From IMG/VR virus record IMGVR_UViG_3300042341_001208: 64,000 bases of DNA; one strand, 5' to 3'. A model generated the notes under the pieces. The model had not been told where the DNA came from. It was given only the letters and a program-made list of their open reading frames with translations, and ran no database searches. This stretch comes from a virus. Its lineage: Duplodnaviria > Heunggongvirae > Uroviricota > Caudoviricetes. The translations under genes were made by a program, and so were the position numbers. Shown piece by piece: positions 63,501-64,000 of this stretch; positions within the stretch are counted from its first letter, which is position 1, and each line of letters starts with the position of its first letter.

Positions 63501-64000
63501 ATGGGGAAAAACGTATATCATATAACAGAGAAAGATCAGTATATGCCACCATCTTCTATGGATTTAATAACCATAGCAGACGCAATAGGGACAAGGCTGA
63601 TGAATGTTTACAATGAAATTGAAAATATCAAAGTTGCATATCCACAGGATTCTTCTAAATATACATCTTTTATAGATTCTTCCATCTTACCTCTTAATGA
63701 CAAGATAAAGTCCATTATTCAAACAGAAATACCAAAACTAGAAACTGTATCTGTTTCTAAATACAGAGGAGACACTTCTGCATATAAAGATCTTGGATAT
63801 TTGGTTAATACCGTAAAAGATAAAGCAACTCTAGATCTTCTTTTAAAATTAAAGGAATTTGAGAAAGAAGTATCTGAGATTGAAAAAAAATCCGAAGGGA
63901 TTAAAGCTTCTGTTAATTCAGCATATCAGGCATCCGATGCTACTAAATCTTACGAAGATGCAGTAAAAGCTATTATAGATAAGGTTAGAGCTGGCATCGA
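63501..64000 (+). CDS. hypothetical protein, 3'-truncated by window end
   Basis: ATG 63501 opens a frame that runs through the end of the window (MGKNVYHITEKDQYMPPSS...). Confidence 0.4.
   Translation, partial: MGKNVYHITEKDQYMPPSSMDLITIADAIGTRLMNVYNEIENIKVAYPQDSSKYTSFIDSSILPLNDKIKSIIQTEIPKLETVSVSKYRGDTSAYKDLGYLVNTVKDKATLDLLLKLKEFEKEVSEIEKKSEGIKASVNSAYQASDATKSYEDAVKAIIDKVRAGI

Noticed and set aside
63358-63552. 64-aa minus-strand ORF overlapping the end of 62963..63496 and the start of the last + gene
   Set aside because: It is antisense to two consecutive + strand genes in an otherwise + strand block, and has no motif.
1-64000. Nucleocytoplasmic large DNA virus (giant virus) origin, suggested by GT7/GT17/GT92, P4H-like oxygenase, collagen-like repeats and paralog families
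   Set aside because: Several features argue for a phage instead: T9SS CTD, peptidoglycan-binding repeats, bS21, prs/nadV, ClpC-like and MoxR modules. So do the compact, overlapping, near-unidirectional genes, the rho-independent terminators, and the Bacteroidota-like -7 element in the promoter motif. No NCLDV core genes are visible in 64 kb.

Overview
The window is an AT-rich, gene-dense stretch (about 85 predicted genes, almost all on the + strand, many overlapping by 1-10 nt) that looks like part of a large dsDNA bacteriophage infecting a Bacteroidota-type host, not a cellular chromosome. Host clues: a 1697-aa PKD-repeat protein ends in a T9SS-type gliding-motility C-terminal domain; there is a protein with two peptidoglycan-binding repeats, a phage-type ribosomal protein bS21 homologue and a tRNA-Ser(UGA); a recurring GACCGTATAT(T/C)T motif sits 5-35 nt upstream of 13 transcription units and resembles a Bacteroidota -7 box (TAnnTTTG-like) with a phage-specific 5' extension. 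Content by block: (1) 0.1-6.8 kb, small paralogous proteins sharing an MK[HN]I.LFEDF N-terminus and a D-L-x-x-V-G-L motif, an HD hydrolase and membrane proteins. (2) 7.2-12.3 kb, the giant secreted T9SS-CTD PKD-repeat protein. (3) 12.4-20.5 kb, an NAD/ADP-ribose island: PRPP synthetase, PTH2-like protein, TARG1/DarG-like macrodomain, vWA protein, short PurA-like (PurZ-candidate) adenylosuccinate synthetase, NADAR, nucleoside deoxyribosyltransferase-like protein, HAD phosphatase and NAMPT/NadV. (4) 20.6-29.7 kb, SPFH protein, CCA-adding enzyme head domain, DEDDh exonuclease, HAD phosphatase, a tRNA-like gene with a CUA (amber) anticodon directly upstream of a PTH2-like ORF whose third codon is TAG, DNA methyltransferase and MTHFR (MetF). 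(5) 31.7-39.5 kb, minus-strand vWA / DUF2201 metallopeptidase-like / MoxR-like AAA+ triad plus unknowns. (6) 40.4-44.7 kb, ClpC-like ATPase, bS21 and a SAM methyltransferase. (7) 44.9-60.5 kb, a large glycan-biosynthesis island with GT7 beta4GalT-like, two GT11 fucosyltransferase-like, GT2, GT17, GT92 and GT31-like transferases, a P4H-like 2OG oxygenase, and sugar-nucleotide dehydratase, aminotransferase, acetyltransferase, 3-dehydratase and reductase genes. (8) 60.8-64 kb, a PG-binding protein and unknowns. All protein calls rest on motifs recognised by eye. No searches were run.
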